Source: a virus (lineage: Duplodnaviria; Caudoviricetes). From it: 64,000 bases of DNA. The translations under genes and the position numbers were made by a program. Each line of letters opens with the position of its first letter. Position 1 is the first letter of the stretch. Location of the stretch: the IMG/VR virus record IMGVR_UViG_3300032272_000007, positions 1-64,000 of that record; one strand, 5' to 3'. The notes under the pieces are model-generated. The model saw only the letters and a program-made list of their open reading frames with translations. It was not told where the DNA came from and ran no database searches. This document shows positions 8,567 to 17,738 of this stretch, in pieces.

Positions 8567-9712
8567 TTAGTCTTTTTCATCATCAAAGACCTCATCAGCA
8601 CTTTCATTGATCTTGAAAATTTCTGGATTCAGATAGAATCTCTTATTGCCATTTTTGTCTGGCTTATTGGAGAACGCCTTAACATCCTCTTGGTCTGGCT
8701 GGCGGAGGTCTGCTTCATGGAAGTCGTACAAGCTCAACTTCAATAAAGATTGGACTCTTTGTATATTGTGCTTCCTTGGTTCAACGAACGCCTTAACCTC
8801 ATCGCTCAATTTCTTATAGATAGTAAGCAGCTTCCATTGGCGATCGGTAAGCTCCATAGCTTCAAACTCCTCTTTCTGGTAAATATTATCATTGACCCAA
8901 TCGGCTTCTTTCTCGGTACCAACAAGTTCAGGCTCAAGGGCCTGCAGTTTCCCCACTCCTTCCTGCTGAGGAGCGGTCATTTCATCTGGGTTATACAGAT
9001 AATAGAACTCGATGCCATACTCTTTTTTGATGGCTTTAGCAGCCTCAACGACCTTCCAACTAATAGCAGAAAAATATTGTATTTGCTCTTGTATCTTGAT
9101 GACAGTAGGATCGTTGGCGTACATGGTCACTACCTCGAGTTTGTACCCATCTATCCAAATAAGGATCCTCGCGTACTCCAATTCACTTATAAGTAAACCC
9201 ATGCACACCTGAGCGATGAATGAGGGGCTCACACTGTTTGGGTATCGGTTCGCCTCCATAGAGGAGGTATTTTTACATTCCAACGTCCCTTTTGCGACAA
9301 GGTGTCCGTCTTCATACTCGTACTCCTTCCCGTCTGGAGAGAAGAATAGCCATGGGTATTTATCGTTGACCTCATAGTATGAAGCACTACGGAGATGGTT
9401 TTTCTTTTTACCCGCCTCCATGTTATCATACATCACCATCTGGTCGGGGTTGGAGTGATCCCAGTATCGGTACTTTTCTATGATATTACCCTCCTCATGC
9501 TGGCCAGCCTTTGAGCGCACGTTTCCAGAAAACTCTGTAACATTCTCACCTATCTTTCCAAGGTGTACCTGGATGGGTGCGGTGTAGATATATTTGATAA
9601 GTCTCCCAATATACTGGGCTAGAACTCCGCCAATTTCAGAGGCTCCGTATCCGTTCTTTCGGAACTGATACCACTCCTTACTGTGCTGCTTTAGTTGTAC
9701 TCGTTTAATCAT
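8567..9712 (-). CDS. YqaJ/lambda-exonuclease-family recombination nuclease
   Basis: QHSKEWYQFRKNGYGASEIG, GQHEE, PWLFFSPDG, LECKNTS, AQV motifs. Confidence 0.88.
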   Translation of the reverse strand: MIKRVQLKQHSKEWYQFRKNGYGASEIGGVLAQYIGRLIKYIYTAPIQVHLGKIGENVTEFSGNVRSKAGQHEEGNIIEKYRYWDHSNPDQMVMYDNMEAGKKKNHLRSASYYEVNDKYPWLFFSPDGKEYEYEDGHLVAKGTLECKNTSSMEANRYPNSVSPSFIAQVCMGLLISELEYARILIWIDGYKLEVVTMYANDPTVIKIQEQIQYFSAISWKVVEAAKAIKKEYGIEFYYLYNPDEMTAPQQEGVGKLQALEPELVGTEKEADWVNDNIYQKEEFEAMELTDRQWKLLTIYKKLSDEVKAFVEPRKHNIQRVQSLLKLSLYDFHEADLRQPDQEDVKAFSNKPDKNGNKRFYLNPEIFKINESADEVFDDEKD

Positions 9713-9714
9713 CT

Positions 9715-9927
9715 TTAAATAATTTTCGTTTTGTCTGTAATAGCTCCCATTACTTGAAGCTGTGACCGTATACTCTGCCCAGTCGTACCATACATGATAA
9801 TGATACTTCCCTTCAATCCCATATCTTCAAGATTGATTTTGATGGGCTGATTATTTTTCATCCGCTTGATGTTCTCCTCAGTGAGACCAAACAGGAGGTC
9901 GTTGTTACTCAGTTTTGCTTTAATCAT
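9715..9927 (-). CDS. Hypothetical protein
   Basis: 70-aa ORF in the operon. Confidence 0.65.
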   Translation of the reverse strand: MIKAKLSNNDLLFGLTEENIKRMKNNQPIKINLEDMGLKGSIIIMYGTTGQSIRSQLQVMGAITDKTKII

Positions 9928-10207
9928 GGAATTTGCTTTTATGTTCGTTTTTGGTGCAAATAGTGTCTACATCTCGGATAACTTCACTTAATTTGAACAC
10001 TTCCTCCTTGAGCTGTTCTGGTGCTCTGGCTAACAGTTCTTTCTTCATATCATGCAAGTCCTTTATCTCCACATCATTAATATCAAAATCCATTTTCTCT
10101 AAAGCACGGGCTAACGCCGACCAACCAAATCGGCGACCTCCAGTCATGATTATTATTTTCTTTTTCATCCGTCGTAACTTATAGACATCATCCCTCTTCC
10201 CATTCAT
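9920..10207 (-). CDS. Hypothetical protein
   Basis: Overlap-coupled ORF. Confidence 0.55.
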   Translation of the reverse strand: MNGKRDDVYKLRRMKKKIIIMTGGRRFGWSALARALEKMDFDINDVEIKDLHDMKKELLARAPEQLKEEVFKLSEVIRDVDTICTKNEHKSKFHD

Positions 10208-10382
10208 CTGGTGAAAAATTGCTTCTTATGTAGTCCATCACATCCTCTTGTACTGGAGTTGGATCCCTATCTGACTTCTTCTGAGCAAACCAGAACCATT
10301 TCCAGAAGTCAAGAGGTACTTCATCCATTGATTTACCCCTGTGTGGCCCAAGTGGCATTTGATCGTAGCTAGATAGTATCAT
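10188..10382 (-). CDS. DUF3820-like small protein
   Basis: MPLGPHRGKSMDEVPLDFWKW resembles the MPFGKHKG...VP..YL.W motif. Confidence 0.6.
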   Translation of the reverse strand: MILSSYDQMPLGPHRGKSMDEVPLDFWKWFWFAQKKSDRDPTPVQEDVMDYIRSNFSPDEWEEG

Positions 10383-10701
10383 TATCTCCGCATTTTTTCT
10401 TGGCTATTCTAAATAATTCAAAAACTTTAGACCACTTCGGATCGTCCTCTACCTGGTATCGATAATTCTCCCAGATTCGATGTTCCTCCATGGTCATCAA
10501 CACTATGAACTCTTTTACCAGCTTCAAAGCTGGGCAGGATCCCTTACTCAGTACGTGACTGAATACAAAGAACATGCTCGGGTGAAAGTTGTAGTTCAAC
10601 GGCTCACCCGAGACAAAGCTAATATGTTCCCGTTCTTTCCAGATCTCAAGGAACACCTTGCCCTGATCATTAAGTCTTATCTCCTTCGGTGGAATTTGCA
10701 T
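10369..10701 (-). CDS. HNH-like nuclease
   Basis: FSHVLSKGSCPALKL...IVLMTMEEH resembles degenerate HNH proteins of Bacteroidota phages. Confidence 0.5.
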   Translation of the reverse strand: MQIPPKEIRLNDQGKVFLEIWKEREHISFVSGEPLNYNFHPSMFFVFSHVLSKGSCPALKLVKEFIVLMTMEEHRIWENYRYQVEDDPKWSKVFELFRIAKKKCGDNDTI

Positions 10702-11620
10702 CTACTTCAAATACGGATCCAGCCCCAGCTGCGACATTCTGATTACTCTGGTCCAACTCCTTTACCTTCTTTTCCTCGGCGGTCTCCACCGCATCAATAT
10801 CCAAAGTCATTTGCTTCTCATCCAGATTGGCCAGGATGGTTTTTCCAACCTCTTCTTTATCTTGAGCATACACCCCTAGCTTGGATTCCTTGGTTTTAGG
10901 CAGTTTCTTGGCCAGCTGCTTGATCGTGGACTTCATCCACATCCACCCCATCGGATCGTTTACTACTTTCCATGCTTTACCTCCGCCCGACCCACCGTTG
11001 GATTTAGCTTCAATGGCTGCAATCTCAGAGGCATTCATGTAAACCCACGTTGGAAATTGTTTGTTTTTCAGCCATGCTATGGCATAAGCTCCCACCCTTT
11101 TGGATCCAGTATGATCCTTCGCTGGTATGTGGATTAGGTTGGGGTTAGCGCCCTTCACCTCGCTGAACTCATCAGCTTCATAGACAATTTGGCAATCGAT
11201 TTGCTCTATTTCTGGGTGCCTACCAAACAACTCAATCCATCCTTGATACCCAATCTGAAACTGAGCCATCTTAACCCAGGTGTTATCGACTTTCGACTTA
11301 TACCCAATGATCCAAGAAAGACCAAACGGAGTGTTGGGTGTGAGACCAAGGGTGGCAGAGACAAGGAATGCACCAAATAATGATCTAACCTCACACTCCA
11401 ATAGTGCAGGATCATTCTTGATTCCAGTAATCACCTCCCCTATAAACTCTTTCGCTGCAATTCCCTTTGATTCCAAAAGCTGGGATAGTTGATCTTCATA
11501 CTTCCACATGGTGGCTTCAAAGATTTTTACTGCCACATCTTTGTCACCTCCTGGTTGTAGAAGGGAGCCCTCTAATTTCGTGACTGCTACTACTGGTTTT
11601 TTCTTCTCTGTTTCAGACAT
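10670..11620 (-). CDS. recT: RecT-family single-strand annealing recombinase
   Basis: GLTPNTPFG, AQFQIGYQGWIEL, VYEADEF, GAYAIA, MWMKSTIKQLAKKLP. Confidence 0.92.
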   Translation of the reverse strand: MSETEKKKPVVAVTKLEGSLLQPGGDKDVAVKIFEATMWKYEDQLSQLLESKGIAAKEFIGEVITGIKNDPALLECEVRSLFGAFLVSATLGLTPNTPFGLSWIIGYKSKVDNTWVKMAQFQIGYQGWIELFGRHPEIEQIDCQIVYEADEFSEVKGANPNLIHIPAKDHTGSKRVGAYAIAWLKNKQFPTWVYMNASEIAAIEAKSNGGSGGGKAWKVVNDPMGWMWMKSTIKQLAKKLPKTKESKLGVYAQDKEEVGKTILANLDEKQMTLDIDAVETAEEKKVKELDQSNQNVAAGAGSVFEVDANSTEGDKT

Positions 11621-11864
11621 TGATCTTTTTTTCTACAACGTTAACAAAATCATTTAATGTACGGCAATTATCCGCTTCCTCATCTGGAATGCTGATGTTG
11701 AACTCACTCTCAAGTTCCATCAAAAGCTCTACAAAATCCAACGAGTCGACTCCTAGAGCGCCACTCAACGGGTTGTCTAGGTTTTCTCTAACTTCGGTTT
11801 CTTCGAGACCAAGTTTATCAACGGCAATCTTGACTGCCTTAGTAGTAATTAAATCTGTGTTCAT
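11613..11864 (-). CDS. acpP: Acyl carrier protein (phage-encoded)
   Basis: LGVDSLDFVELLMELESEFNISIPDEEA with an intact phosphopantetheine Ser. Confidence 0.92.
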   Translation of the reverse strand: MNTDLITTKAVKIAVDKLGLEETEVRENLDNPLSGALGVDSLDFVELLMELESEFNISIPDEEADNCRTLNDFVNVVEKKINV

Positions 11865-12475
11865 GTGCTAATTTTTAGTTTACTAATTTGATTCAAAACT
11901 ATATTCTTGTGGTATAATATCTCCTGAGCAGAGGGCTTTAAATACAATTCATCTGATTCAAACGGAATCCCAAATAATTTACTGTGATCGCTTCTACGAC
12001 CTAGCTCCTCTACAATCCAAATGGATCCAGCAGAGCAGCTTACAGTATGAATATCACTGTCACTCAGCTCCACTATTCCACCAATTGGCAAGACGTAATC
12101 GCTACAATTAATATATGTGTCACACACATATTCAAGGCCTTTTCCCTCTTCCAGTATTGAATAATAGTCGTATTCTGGCAGTAACACATTGCCTTGAAGT
12201 GGGGGGTACATCCTAGTGGCCATGTGATGATTGATAACACCACCAAGTGGTGTTAATCGTATTGGATACTTATGGTCATGAAGTTGAATATCAAATGGTT
12301 TTATCTCATTTGCTGAGATAAAAACTCTAATGAATTCTCCAGATTCTTCACCGACTACAATAAGAGAAAATAGCCCCTTGGCGTGGCAATTTTTAAGACT
12401 CCTCGCCAAACAGTCTCTATTTGGGGATTTAAGTTTGTTGGATACACAATCTAGGATGTCTTTTAGCTTACTCAT
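11861..12475 (-). CDS. Putative cupin-fold metalloprotein
   Basis: LHDH...IHTV His arrangement resembles cupin/dioxygenase metal sites; ATGA-coupled to the ACP. Confidence 0.45.
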   Translation of the reverse strand: MSKLKDILDCVSNKLKSPNRDCLARSLKNCHAKGLFSLIVVGEESGEFIRVFISANEIKPFDIQLHDHKYPIRLTPLGGVINHHMATRMYPPLQGNVLLPEYDYYSILEEGKGLEYVCDTYINCSDYVLPIGGIVELSDSDIHTVSCSAGSIWIVEELGRRSDHSKLFGIPFESDELYLKPSAQEILYHKNIVLNQISKLKIST

Positions 12476-13644
12476 GATGTTTGAAGTTTGATAATTTGAT
12501 TCTTTTCAGCCACTAACCGCTCGTTTGAGACGTGGCCATAGTATTTTTCAGTAGTGCTAACGGATTCATGACCAAGGAATTGGGACACAGCTGTTAGACT
12601 GTGCCCCCTTTCCAGCATTAACACAGCAAAACTGTGACGCAGGACATGAGGAGTCACCTTTCGGCCCACCAACTCACTAAGTGGTCCTTTACAGAAGGCG
12701 CTGAACCTAGCATATTCAGCCTCATGTTTGCTCACAATAATCTTCCCGTCTGGCTCGAGGAAATTTCCTACCGGTAACCAGTTATTGAATGTCTTCTTGA
12801 AATCCGCCGCTAAAATCAACTCAATGATTCTATTCAATTCAGGGTATACTATTACCCTCGCCTGTACCTGAGATTTATGCCTGTTGTACACTAGGAACTT
12901 GTTACCCTCCAGATCTATGGTAAACTCGGGCTCTGTGCAGCAGTCGGCAAATGAATAGCCTGAGTAGGCTAAGAATAGGGATAGCAGGCCGTAGTGCTCA
13001 TCGGCGTACTCCCAGAGCTTGGTAATTACTTTTGGATTGATAAATTCCATAATGTTCGATTTCTTCTTTACCTGGTAGATCTTCTTTGCTTTGAATGGGT
13101 TGAATCTAATACTGTCAGGCCACTCATCCAAAGGAAAATCTTCAATGACCGTTTCCACTACCATTTTGATGAAGTTGATGTAAATGGAAATAGTATCGTT
13201 GGCATATCCTGATCTATTCAGCCATCCACGGTAACCCTTAGCTAATGATGTCGACAACATGGCCAGAGGAATGTCTTCCTGCGCGCCTAGCCCACTCAAA
13301 TACCTTTGAAAGGCACTCTGACAGTGGCGATATGTGGTCTTGGTATGATTAGACAGTCCTTTCAGTTCATCGGTTGTTCTCACGTAGTATTCACAGGCCT
13401 GGGAGACCGTGTATGGTGCGCCCGTCTTAATAGAGGAGGATTTCATGAGTGAGAATGCCAACTCTGGTGATGATGGAGACCCTGTTTTAATGATCTCCTC
13501 CAGCTTGCGGGTATAGTCCTTAATTTCTTGGCTCCTCCTCCAGTCTCTTTTCTTAACTATTCCAGTGGACTTATCCTTGGTGGATCCGCAGATGGTTAGT
13601 CTGCAGTAGATGTATTTCTCACGTCTGATGAAGAAGGTGATCAT
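12472..13644 (-). CDS. Tyrosine recombinase/integrase, Bacteroidota (IntDOT-like) type
   Basis: TPHVLRHSFA, FLGHESVSTTEKYY; first catalytic Arg replaced (SGYSFAD) with RHK downstream; N-terminal arm/SAM-like domains. Confidence 0.92.
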   Translation of the reverse strand: MITFFIRREKYIYCRLTICGSTKDKSTGIVKKRDWRRSQEIKDYTRKLEEIIKTGSPSSPELAFSLMKSSSIKTGAPYTVSQACEYYVRTTDELKGLSNHTKTTYRHCQSAFQRYLSGLGAQEDIPLAMLSTSLAKGYRGWLNRSGYANDTISIYINFIKMVVETVIEDFPLDEWPDSIRFNPFKAKKIYQVKKKSNIMEFINPKVITKLWEYADEHYGLLSLFLAYSGYSFADCCTEPEFTIDLEGNKFLVYNRHKSQVQARVIVYPELNRIIELILAADFKKTFNNWLPVGNFLEPDGKIIVSKHEAEYARFSAFCKGPLSELVGRKVTPHVLRHSFAVLMLERGHSLTAVSQFLGHESVSTTEKYYGHVSNERLVAEKNQIIKLQTS

Positions 13645-13982
13645 TTCTTGTGTTTGTAAACTCCGTTTTCATCTGGCTCACCCCAGTCTCTCCCTTCATT
13701 AATCTCCATTTTGCTGAATGCGGCCTCTAGTAACTGGTTGGCAGTGATATTAATACGCCTCGCACTCCCAGTCAGCAGAATCAAACAGTCAGCATACTCT
13801 TCCAGAGCTATCTCTTTGTTCATATCACCAGCTGCAAGCTCAACAATTGTTTCATCCACCTCATCTTTCAAATGACACATAGGGGCTACTGGATCATTAC
13901 AATGCATAGGAAACACTCGTTTTGCAAAATCATAATTCCAGTCCATTAGGTTCTGGAGTGTTATCTCGTCTGGTCTATTCAT
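13641..13982 (-). CDS. DUF550/MazG-like dNTP pyrophosphohydrolase
   Basis: HLKDEVDE...EEYADCLILL...KMEINEGRDWGEP. Confidence 0.85.
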   Translation of the reverse strand: MNRPDEITLQNLMDWNYDFAKRVFPMHCNDPVAPMCHLKDEVDETIVELAAGDMNKEIALEEYADCLILLTGSARRINITANQLLEAAFSKMEINEGRDWGEPDENGVYKHKK

Positions 13983-14196
13983 TTCCTTGTTTTATGTTGA
14001 TTAATTCAATCACAGCACCCGCATCATACATTACTTCTTGATACATGCGCTCAGGGATTACCTCCAGTGTGTTGCTTCTTGGTGCTCCTCCAACCTGAAT
14101 AATTCTACAATTGGCCAATGTGGTGGCAACTTCCTCTTGACTAAGGCTGAATGTTGGGACAAATACGTACCTGAATTTTGGGGCTAGTGAGACCAT
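13975..14196 (-). CDS. Hypothetical protein
   Basis: 73-aa ORF preceded by the AACTTCAAAC leader and a -7 promoter. Confidence 0.7.
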   Translation of the reverse strand: MVSLAPKFRYVFVPTFSLSQEEVATTLANCRIIQVGGAPRSNTLEVIPERMYQEVMYDAGAVIELINIKQGNE

Positions 14197-14223
14197 AATG
14201 TTTGAAGTTGATAGCTAAATTAT

Positions 14224-14231
14224 CAAATATA
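14224..14231 (-). promoter_or_regulatory. Bacteroidota sigma70 -7 element TATATTTG
   Basis: TAnnTTTG in a divergent intergenic gap, with TTTG motifs upstream. Confidence 0.65.
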
Positions 14232-14279
14232 GTTCAATTTACAGGCAAACAAATCAAAATACTTTTAGTTTAGCCACAG

Positions 14280-14750
14280 ATGAAACCAGAAACCAAGCAT
14301 TTGAGCGCCCTCCTTATTAGCACCATGGGTAAAAGCATTAAGCATGTATCTGAAAAGTATTTGAAGAGGGAGTATGCGGCCTTTCACAGCCGTGTTAAGA
14401 AGGGAAAGATTCACGTCCTGGACTACATTAAGCTATCCATCTTAACTGGAAAATCTCTCGATGAGATCCTAATGCAGGATCCTAGATATGCTGATGACAT
14501 CAAGAAAATACGTGAGGAGTTTGGAATTCCTGAAACTGATGATGAGGCTGTAGATACTGAGCTGACCCCAGAGGCTCAGGATCTCATAAAGGATGTTCTT
14601 GGTCTTGGTGAGAAAAAGCCAAATTTATGTGACTCGGATGGCGCTCAAACTGCTGGAGACAACCTCCCCATCGCCCAAAAAGAGGAGGAAGCCCAAGAGG
14701 CAGGGGAAAAGGTGGAGATTAGTGATGACTTTCCTTTTGAGGATGTGTAG
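14280..14750 (+). CDS. Divergently oriented putative repressor (HTH-like N-terminus, acidic tail)
   Basis: Only plus-strand gene in the early block; 'KLSILTGKSLDEIL' resembles an XRE C-terminal helix pair. Confidence 0.5.
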   Translation: MKPETKHLSALLISTMGKSIKHVSEKYLKREYAAFHSRVKKGKIHVLDYIKLSILTGKSLDEILMQDPRYADDIKKIREEFGIPETDDEAVDTELTPEAQDLIKDVLGLGEKKPNLCDSDGAQTAGDNLPIAQKEEEAQEAGEKVEISDDFPFEDV

Positions 14751-14998
14751 TTGATATTTCTTTATATCTGACTTTTGTCCAACTTCCACACTTATGACAA
14801 ATAGCTTTGTATACTATTGGTAGAATATCTCCCTCATCGTTAGGATGACATTTATAGCAAAGTCGTACTGTCATTTTTCTGTTTTTTCTGTTGCGTGGTA
14901 CACTCCACATCCTTCCCAAACCTCTTCCCACCACCAGTTCTCTGGATCTGGGACGGTGATCAAACACACCTGGTCTTTGACGAATTCAAATGGCTGCT

Positions 14999-15283
14999 TC
15001 ATTCAAGGGTGAATTTATGTTTCTCAAAAATTGCTTTGGCTCTGTCTGAGTCAGACTTGGGGCCACACCTATAATTTCCGTCATGATCATAGAATCCACG
15101 CTTCAAGGCCAAAAGATCTCTCTCCTTATGGATTTCTATCCACCCTCCAGCGTATTCCCCCGGTCTCCGACACCTTTGGTTCGGCTGAGCCTGGCAGTGG
15201 GGACATTCTACCTCAAAAGGTGGATCCTGTGGGAACGTGTGTCCGCAGGATGAGCAGTCAATAGGTTCTCCAATTTTACCCAT
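14999..15283 (-). CDS. Zinc-finger protein
   Basis: CSSC, CPHC, C-x-x-P...H. Confidence 0.7.
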   Translation of the reverse strand: MGKIGEPIDCSSCGHTFPQDPPFEVECPHCQAQPNQRCRRPGEYAGGWIEIHKERDLLALKRGFYDHDGNYRCGPKSDSDRAKAIFEKHKFTLE

Positions 15284-15312
15284 CTATACCATTGATAATT
15301 TTTCTTTTTCCA

Positions 15313-17103
15313 TTATGCTGCTTTTTTAACATTCATAATCTCTTTCATCTTATCCATTCTGCAGGCCACCATCGCTTTCACCAGCTTAGGAGGCACCGAG
15401 TTACCAATGAATCGCTTCTGGTCCGTCTGTGTGCCTCTGAGCTTGTACCTTGAGCCGAATCCTTGGATGTTGAGCAGTTCAGGAACTCGTAACATCCTCA
15501 TCTTAACATCAGACAGCCCATGAAGAGCCATAAACAACTTGATCTTCTTGGTGTACTCGGAGTCATCTTCGTAGATGATGATGCCATATCCTTCGATAGA
15601 TGGCTCCGCCTCTACCAGAGATGGGGGAGCTTTGTCCATTCGGGCGATCAGCGTGAAGCACGGCTTATCCGCCTCGTTCCCCTTGCTTTTGTATTGAGGG
15701 TTGTACAGGAAGCACTTAGAATCTGAACTAAGTTGTTGCTTGTCTATAAATACGATAGACAGCCTGTCTTTTGTTGTCAATGTGTCGGCAGGCCTCTCTA
15801 TGTCGTGAGTTATCCCAGTACCATAGTACTTGCTTAAAAACACCACCGCATGGTGATCCTTGGTTGTGATAGCTCCAGTGGGATCTTCAATAGACTGGCT
15901 TTGATGGCCACCTGAGAAGTACTTGGATAGGAATACTATTGAATGATGATCCTTGGTCATCAGTGTGCCTATCGTCTTATCTAACTCATGTACTCCACCA
16001 TTGGAGTAATGCTCCATTAATAATTCCACCTGAGCCAGAGCTCCGCCACCAAATGAGGTAATTGATCCTAAAGGCTCATCAGTTCCTTTGACCTTACCGT
16101 TCGGTCGTCCAGAAAAGTACTTCATGATAAACTCAGGCTGAACAATAGCTAATCTATTCTGAGTGGTTATGGTTGGAGCTGCTCCGTCGAGGTCAACGGG
16201 ATTACTAACTCCTCCTCTTGTGTTGGAAAGATACTTGGAAATGAACTCGGGCTCTTTACCCTCACCTACATGCTTGATCAATCCAACGTACAGGCGCTCT
16301 AATGTGTTCTCGCTAAGATCTTTCTTCCTTCCAAATATGCTACGCCCCTTGTCTTCAAGGTTCAATGCTGGACGCACAGCCAACCACTTGCGTACCTTCT
16401 TACCAAACAGCCCGCCATTAGACTTAGATGGATCTTTGGCGTGGGTGGCCTCTGGCCAGGTATATGGTAGATATGGTTTCTTGAACTGCCCAAAGTATCG
16501 GACACGGCTAGTCCGTGCACCAAAATCAGCAGCGTTAAATATTCGATGATCATAGTCATATCCATAGTCATCACAGATGTGCTGCAGCCATCTCCTGTAA
16601 TCTCTACCATTCTTCTTAGACTCTGGGATCCAGTGGTACTCGTTGTTCTGTCTGAACTTGAGATCTGATCTGTCGACATGAGATTTCTCGCAAGCAATAC
16701 GGAGAGGTCCCCAGCTCATGAACTCTACTACATTTTCAATGTCAATGTAATCTGGATCAATGGCAGCTATGTACCTGTACAGATGTTCGGCCAACGTTCG
16801 GCTATCAGCGTCCCGGCTCTCGCCTCCCTTAGCTTTGCTGAAATGTGTGCACTCCAGGGATGCCCATAGGCAGATGATGGCATTTGGATCGTTCGCCCGT
16901 ATGTTACGCACCAACCGAGCAAGCTGTTCAACATTGAACGTCTTAATGTCTTCGGTGAAGTGGAGGACATTCTTGTGATTGTCGTAGTGGCTCTTGATTG
17001 CAATAGGATCGTGGTTAATGCAGGCTATCACTTTGCCGCCAGCTCTGGCTATGCCAGTGGTTACGCCGCCAGCCCCGCAAAATAGGTCAATGTAGTAGAT
17101 CAT
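15313..17103 (-). CDS. DNA (cytosine-5)-methyltransferase with tandem variable-region repeats
   Basis: IDLFCGAGG, WASLECTHFS, IENV, RTSRVRYF, IGNSVPP; about 6 internal 'P.gTiTTKD' repeats. Confidence 0.95.
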   Translation of the reverse strand: MIYYIDLFCGAGGVTTGIARAGGKVIACINHDPIAIKSHYDNHKNVLHFTEDIKTFNVEQLARLVRNIRANDPNAIICLWASLECTHFSKAKGGESRDADSRTLAEHLYRYIAAIDPDYIDIENVVEFMSWGPLRIACEKSHVDRSDLKFRQNNEYHWIPESKKNGRDYRRWLQHICDDYGYDYDHRIFNAADFGARTSRVRYFGQFKKPYLPYTWPEATHAKDPSKSNGGLFGKKVRKWLAVRPALNLEDKGRSIFGRKKDLSENTLERLYVGLIKHVGEGKEPEFISKYLSNTRGGVSNPVDLDGAAPTITTQNRLAIVQPEFIMKYFSGRPNGKVKGTDEPLGSITSFGGGALAQVELLMEHYSNGGVHELDKTIGTLMTKDHHSIVFLSKYFSGGHQSQSIEDPTGAITTKDHHAVVFLSKYYGTGITHDIERPADTLTTKDRLSIVFIDKQQLSSDSKCFLYNPQYKSKGNEADKPCFTLIARMDKAPPSLVEAEPSIEGYGIIIYEDDSEYTKKIKLFMALHGLSDVKMRMLRVPELLNIQGFGSRYKLRGTQTDQKRFIGNSVPPKLVKAMVACRMDKMKEIMNVKKAA

Positions 17104-17376
17104 TTATAGTTTTTTGTTACTGTACAAGTCAATAGGATTAGAGATGAAGTTATCAAACCATCTGGTTTCGAGATCATCTTTGTTAAGTACTAGAAAGGTT
17201 TGAGCTACAGCCGTATCTCCTGGTAGAACATCTGCATTACAGAAGTCACAGATATACACGCCTTCACATTCTCCTTTTACCAACATAACACGCTCATTCT
17301 CATATCTGTTTGGGTTGGGAAACCTCTCTTTTTTGGCATCATCACCACATTTTTCACACAGTAATTCACATTTCAT
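17104..17376 (-). CDS. Cys-rich hypothetical protein
   Basis: CEKC, CDFC. Confidence 0.7.
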   Translation of the reverse strand: MKCELLCEKCGDDAKKERFPNPNRYENERVMLVKGECEGVYICDFCNADVLPGDTAVAQTFLVLNKDDLETRWFDNFISNPIDLYSNKKL

Positions 17377-17379
17377 TGG

Positions 17380-17574
17380 TTATCTAATTTGGTTGAAGAA
17401 ATAGTACACAGCCGCCTTAGTAGGACCAGCCATGTTGTGGCCAGCCAACCATTGGCTAACCTTTGATGGCGAGGTGTTCACACCTTCCGCCAGAAGTTTG
17501 TTACTTACTCGCTTCTCATCCTGCATGGATCTAATCCACTCGGGGGTTACTAGGTCAAAGTCTATTGTATTCAT
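17380..17574 (-). CDS. XRE-family HTH protein
   Basis: SNKLLAEGVNTSPSKVSQWLAG. Confidence 0.75.
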   Translation of the reverse strand: MNTIDFDLVTPEWIRSMQDEKRVSNKLLAEGVNTSPSKVSQWLAGHNMAGPTKAAVYYFFNQIR

Positions 17575-17735
17575 TAGAATATTGTGAATTGTTCGTTAAA
17601 CATGATGTCAGATGTGTGAATTGTTCGGTAGTGGCCATTTCCCACACGGCATATAGCCCAGTTATCATTCCATTTGTGTATGAGATGAAATAGCTTCGTT
17701 ACTTTGTAGTTGCAGTAGTGTCTAGTCTTGTCCAT
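17574..17735 (-). CDS. 53-aa ORF (MDKTRHYCNY...)
   Basis: Starts in junction J2 with the same MDKT start as 2987..3079. Confidence 0.55.
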   Translation of the reverse strand: MDKTRHYCNYKVTKLFHLIHKWNDNWAICRVGNGHYRTIHTSDIMFNEQFTIF

Positions 17736-17738
17736 GTT

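Noticed and set aside
13641-13982. DUF550 dNTPase as a sign of a modified-base (Z-genome) pathway
   Set aside because: No PurZ, DNA polymerase or other base-modification gene in the window; the family is widespread on its own.
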